Assembly (NCBI GenBank): GCA_043228905.1
Contig: JBHGNT010001086.1
Location: forward strand, 1-12,216
DNA from: Azolla caroliniana
Taxonomy: Eukaryota; Plantae; Polypodiophyta
Length of the DNA: 12,216 nucleotides
Direction of reading: 5' to 3'
A program made the position numbers and the translations under genes. Shown in pieces: positions 8,491 to 12,216 of the stretch (the stretch's first letter is position 1; every line of letters begins with the position of its first letter). The notes under the pieces were generated by a model. That model was not told the DNA's origin, ran no database searches, and saw only the letters and a list, made by a program, of their open reading frames with translations.

Positions 8491-8719
8491 AATTGTTGTG
8501 ATTGTCGGGCTGCTTGTGTCTACCACGGTCGGTCCTTCTTCCGGATTGGAGAAAAATGTTGGTGCTGGTGTCAGCTTTGGTTTGATGACGGTCGCATGTA
8601 GATCTACCATGAATCGTGGTACCAACTGAAGCAGTTGTCCTATTGGCAACACGATCTGACACTCCTGGAGTGCTTGCCACGTCGGGTTGTCCTCCGGTTG
8701 TGTGATTCCTTCCTCCCTT

Positions 8720-10674
8720 TTGCGTGTTCTGGTCTCTTATCTCCGCCACATTTTGTTCGTTGGCCTTTTTAATCCATTGCACTGCTTGCTTCCTAATTGC
8801 CTCCTGGGCTTCCCATTCAGCAGCTTTCCCTTTTGACCGAGTCGTGACTTGCTGAATGTCGGTCACTTCGGCAATAACCATATTTACTGCCAGCTGTTTT
8901 TCGTTCGTCTTGATTGGGCATTGATTACTGTAGTGCCCCTCTTTCCGGCAGTAGTAACAATACACTTTGTGGTTGTTACTTGATTCTCCTTTGCCTTCAG
9001 TTTGGGATGTGGGTATTACCCGACGGTTGTCTTCGGTTTCCCGGTTATCCGGTGCCGATGCTGGGTTTCTATTTCTTGCTGCTTCCCGACGTTCTTCCCT
9101 ACGGAAAAATCCTCGCTTTTGATTCCGTCGGAAGTTTCGGTTCCCTTGTCGTCTGTCGTCTCTGCGTCGGTCATATTCCGGGGAGTCATCTCACTCGTAC
9201 CGGTCCCTTTGGTAGTCATCTCTGTGTTTTTCGTTGCGGTCATAGTCGTCACGTCTTCGATCAGTATATCTATCGTTGCGCTCGCGTTGGTCGCGGTCAT
9301 CTCTCCGGAATCGGTCTTCGTCCGGGTCCTGATTGTTTCGTGGTTCTATGTGTCGGACCGGTGCAGCCTATCGGTTTAGCAAGTTGTACTCGCAACGTTC
9401 CGTTGTATGTGCCCGAGAGTGGCAAATCATACACAGCGCATGGTGCAGTCGACCGTTGAGTGGCCCGAATTGAGACATGTCGTGCATTGCAGAGCCTGTC
9501 GGAACCTCAAATCCTCTTCCTTTGGAAGTGCCCGATGTAACATCCCCAATGACATGAATGAGCTGCTTTTGTCCATCTCTAGCACCCGATCAATGACTTG
9601 GTCCACTGTGCTGGTACGGAAGTCGAGGACTCCGCACATTGTTCTCAATGGTTCCCTTAATGCAGCCAAAAATACTTCTTTAGCTTCGTCCTCGGGAGGT
9701 GCTCTTGTCAACTGGTTGTGCAAGGTCTAGAACCGGATTATAAATTGCGGCACGGTTTCGTGCTCCTCCTTCTGGGTGGTATAAAATTGCCCGACCAATT
9801 CCCTTTGTTCGACTTGTCTATGGAACAACCGAAGGAATTTTGCCTTCAGGGCATTGAAAGTGGCAAAGCTGCATGGTAAATGATTTGCATGCCAATGAGC
9901 GGCCGGTCCTTCTAGTGTCATGCCGAATTTGGCGACTTTGGACCGTTCGGCCTCCGGTTCTGTTAATCTCTGAGAAACATGATTGGCTTCCCATGTCTGG
10001 AGGAATGCGTAGACATGAGCCTCTGCGTCAGGATCGTCCTGATACTTTGGGTACGGATACGGCATAGTGTCGTCCAAATGAATCTCCTACTTTCTCCGCT
10101 CTTTCTCCGTGGTTAGTGTCGATATCCGATCCTTTGATTCCTCCGCGGGTGTTGTCGGTGTCCGATCCTTTGATTTCTCCGTGGGTGGTGTCGGTGTCCG
10201 ATCCTTTGATTCCTCCGCGGGTGGTGTCGGTATCCTATCAACCTCTCTCGGCAATTGCCGGTCACCGAACTCCAAGGTTATTTCTTCCGTTGGCTCTAGT
10301 GTCGATGAGTCGTCCGACTCGTCTTCCACCGGATCGTTCGGTGTGTCGTGGTTGCTTTTATATCGGGACACAATGCTCTCGTTGTTGTCGGAATCCGACT
10401 CTAGGGTTGCAAATGCTTCTGCGTCTCCGTCGCCACCGGCAAGTGTCTGTAGTATTGATTTCGTCGCCTGCAGACTTGTTAGGCTACTGCCTTCGTTAGA
10501 GAATTGCAGACTCCGGAACTGCAGTGCTTCTTCTGCGACTCTCCGAAGAGTTCTGGAAAATGATCAATCCTGCCGGATTTCGTTAGCGGCTTGCTGCAAG
10601 GCTTCCCGTTGTTGCTGTCGTTCGGCGTATCGTCTCCCTCATTAGGTGATGTGGTTGCCGGTCGGTCTAGACAT
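8720..10674 (-). pseudogene. gag: Element 2 gag (retrotransposon capsid domain plus three CCHC zinc knuckles), disrupted
   Basis: ATG at 10674 (MSRPTGNHIT**GRRYAERQQQ...) stays in one frame to about 9435. Capsid features LEGPAAHW, FNALKAKFL and QKEEHETVPQFIIRF. Knuckles at 9445-9486, 9392-9433 and 8918-8959. The 3' boundary is approximate. Confidence 0.85.
10101..10235. repeat. 36-bp in-frame minisatellite in the gag N-terminus (3 full copies plus a partial)
   Basis: TCCGATCCTTTGATT(C/T)CTCCG(C/T)GGGTG(G/T)TGTCGGT(G/A) starting at 10125, 10161 and 10197; encodes TPPAEESKDRTP-like units. Confidence 0.92.
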
Positions 10675-10702
10675 CCATCCCCCGGTTGTTCTCTGCACTC
10701 TG

Positions 10703-10720
10703 CAAGAATCGTTGTCACCA
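10703..10720 (-). other. Primer-binding site of element 2
   Basis: TGGTGACAACGATTCTTG starts with TGG (complement of tRNA CCA), 6 nt inside the LTR end. The cognate tRNA is not established; TGGTGACA is compatible with a tRNA-Leu-type 3' end. Confidence 0.65.
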
Positions 10721-10726
10721 AAATAG

Positions 10727-11115
10727 TGTTGTCTTGCTGGCCGGACTAGCCCCAACACAGGTGTCCTTCCGACACTTCTCCAAAGGAGTGGTAAGGTTAG
10801 GATGTTAGAACACACGCGTAAGATAATTATTATTAGCACAGACAGTAAGGAAATACAGACAAAGATAAGTACGCAATGGATAAACTTGTATTACTTCTGT
10901 AAAGAACATTACAATTCATTAGATCCTTTTATAGGCATCCGGCAAGGTTACAAAATGGTGCGCTTAGGCAACCGGCATCTGAATCAGTCCGGATCCGGAT
11001 CGGTACAACTGTATCGGATCCGTCCCTCCGAATAATAATTCTACTAATAATTACTTTATATTTCTATATCCGATTCCACCTTCCCACTTGTCCTTCCGCC
11101 TTTGCCTGGCCAACA
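10727..11115 (-). repeat. 5' LTR of element 2 (389 bp)
   Basis: Bounded by TGTTG (10727) and CAACA (11115), a perfect 5-bp inverted repeat. Adjacent to the PBS on one side and to copia coding sequence on the other; AT-rich with a minus-strand TATA box. Confidence 0.82.
10927..10933 (-). promoter_or_regulatory. TATA box of element 2 LTR
   Basis: Minus strand reads CCTATAAAAGG near the LTR centre, oriented toward gag. Confidence 0.7.
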
Positions 11116-12216
11116 GTTGCGGCAAGGCCGGCAGAGAGAATCGGCAATACTCGCACTACACAGAAGGATCGGGAGGATCCAAAACTGGAAAGGCCGGTAA
11201 AGGGCGAGCCTTGGTGATGAAACACGAGGCTAACTCGATGGAGATGACCACTTACAAATTGGAGGACGTGTGGTACGTTGCCTCTGGTGCGTCGAAACAC
11301 ATGACGAGCCACAAAGAGTGTTTCTCTTTCCTGGAGAAACCGGAGACGACACTCCTCACCCAATCGTGCATGTCAGAGAAGTCCCTTTGAGCCACGTCGG
11401 ATAGAGGGGGAAGCTAATGAATGTATTACACGTTCTGACTATCACGAAGAACCTGGTGTCAGTTAGACAGATTGTCGACCAAGGGATGTAGGTGCGGTTT
11501 ACGCACCTCAGGTGCTTCATCAAGGAAGAGAGCCAAATCATTGCGCAAGGGTGCGGAGACGGGAGGATGTTTATCCTTGACACCAATGACGTCGGCACCG
11601 CTTTGTTGACCAAAGGATAGAAGATTGAATCAGATATTGATCTTTGGCACAACCGAATCGGCCACGTCAATTACCATAGGCTTCAAGACTTGCAAACGAA
11701 ACAAGTTGTTTTCGGTTTGCCGAAGTTCAGTGGCCGGAAGGTCCAAGTATGTGAAGCCTGCCAACTCGGGAAACAACACCAGCTTCCATTCCCCATCGAA
11801 CGAAACCGGAGCGATAACAAGCTTGACCTTATTCATTCTGACGTATGGGGACTGGCACAGAACATTAGTCATGGCGGGAGTCAATACTTCGTCTCCTTCA
11901 TTGAGCGGAAGAGCAAAGTCTTTGAGTGTTTCTAGAACCTGCAGAGCCTGGTTGAACGGGAAACAGAGAGGAAGATCAAGTGCCTCTGGTCGGATGGCGG
12001 AAAGGAATATTTTTCCGGTCAATTCAACACTTATCTGCAGCAAGAAGGAATTCGGAGAGAGTTCAGTTGCAGATACACACCGGAGCAAAATGGTGTGGCC
12101 GATAGGAAGAACCGGTCGCTTATCAACGTGGCAAGGGCGATGTTGGAGGAGAAAAGCATACCCAAATTCTACTGGGGTGATGTGGTTGGGACGGCCGTCT
12201 ACATCCAAAACCAGAT
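11116..12216 (+). mobile_element. Element 3: degenerate Ty1/copia retrotransposon fragment, interrupted at 11115/11116 by element 2 and running off the window
   Basis: Copia domain order (PR then IN) with copia-specific motifs. Confidence 0.93.
11271..12216 (+). pseudogene. pol: Copia pol: protease, GAG-pre-integrase zinc-binding domain and rve integrase core
   Basis: WYVASGASKHMT (catalytic D replaced by A), KNLVSV, LWHNRIGHVN...CEACQLGKQH, LDLIHSDVWG, KIKCLWSDGGKEY, YTPEQNGVADRKNR (catalytic E replaced by D); stops and deletions present. Confidence 0.92.

Larger units (their letters stand above)
1695..11115 (-). mobile_element. Element 2: degenerate non-chromovirus Ty3/gypsy LTR retrotransposon (Athila/Phygy/Selgy-like architecture) with an extra 3' ORF, interrupted at 1694/1695 by element 1
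   Basis: Minus-strand order is LTR, PBS, gag, PR, RT, RNase H, IN, spacer, extra ORF. No chromodomain and no second RNase H seen. Many stops and frameshifts. The lineage name is an inference. Confidence 0.9.

Noticed and set aside
8710-8725. Programmed -1 gag-pol frameshift at A AAG GGA
   Set aside because: The protease frame is +1 relative to the gag frame, not -1. With many other indels in this copy, a mutational frameshift is simpler; a family consensus is needed to settle it.
9016-9300. Thr-rich mucin-like 94-aa ORF
   Set aside because: Alternative frame of the Arg/Asp-rich gag segment; the frame linking the zinc knuckles is the real one.
10101-10235. CRISPR-like array (36-bp repeats)
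   Set aside because: Head-to-tail units with no unique spacers, in frame within gag, in a eukaryotic retroelement context.
11088-11135. Apparent Cys motif CLANSCGKAG at the start of ORF 11088-11390
   Set aside because: Chimeric reading across the element 2 LTR / copia junction at 11115/11116; not a real zinc knuckle or start.
11630-12208. 192-aa minus-strand ORF
   Set aside because: Antisense shadow of the copia integrase, a common artefact in copia pol.
1-12216. Prokaryotic defence, retron or DGR-type RT system
   Set aside because: The RT is Ty3/gypsy type, embedded in PR-RT-RH-IN with an LTR and PBS; there is no operon structure or bacterial gene.

Overview
Eukaryotic, almost certainly plant, repeat-dense DNA with no host genes. 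A non-seed plant such as a moss is plausible but only inferred. The whole window is three nested LTR retrotransposons. (1) 1-1694, + strand: the 3' end of an apparently young Ty3/gypsy chromovirus, with an uninterrupted integrase + chromodomain frame, a PPT and a 468-bp 3' LTR (TGTCA...TGACA). (2) 1695-11115, - strand: a decayed non-chromovirus Ty3/gypsy element, with a 389-bp 5' LTR (TGTTG...CAACA), a PBS, gag with three CCHC knuckles, PR-RT-RNaseH-IN, and a very large extra sense ORF (about 920 codons or more, coiled-coil rich) downstream of pol. Element 1 has inserted into that extra ORF. (3) 11116-12216, + strand: a decayed Ty1/copia pol fragment into which element 2 inserted. The most notable observations are the extra ORF of element 2, an antisense tRNA-like A-box/B-box module in the LTR of element 1, and a ~10-bp-phased CTAG array upstream of that LTR's TATA box.
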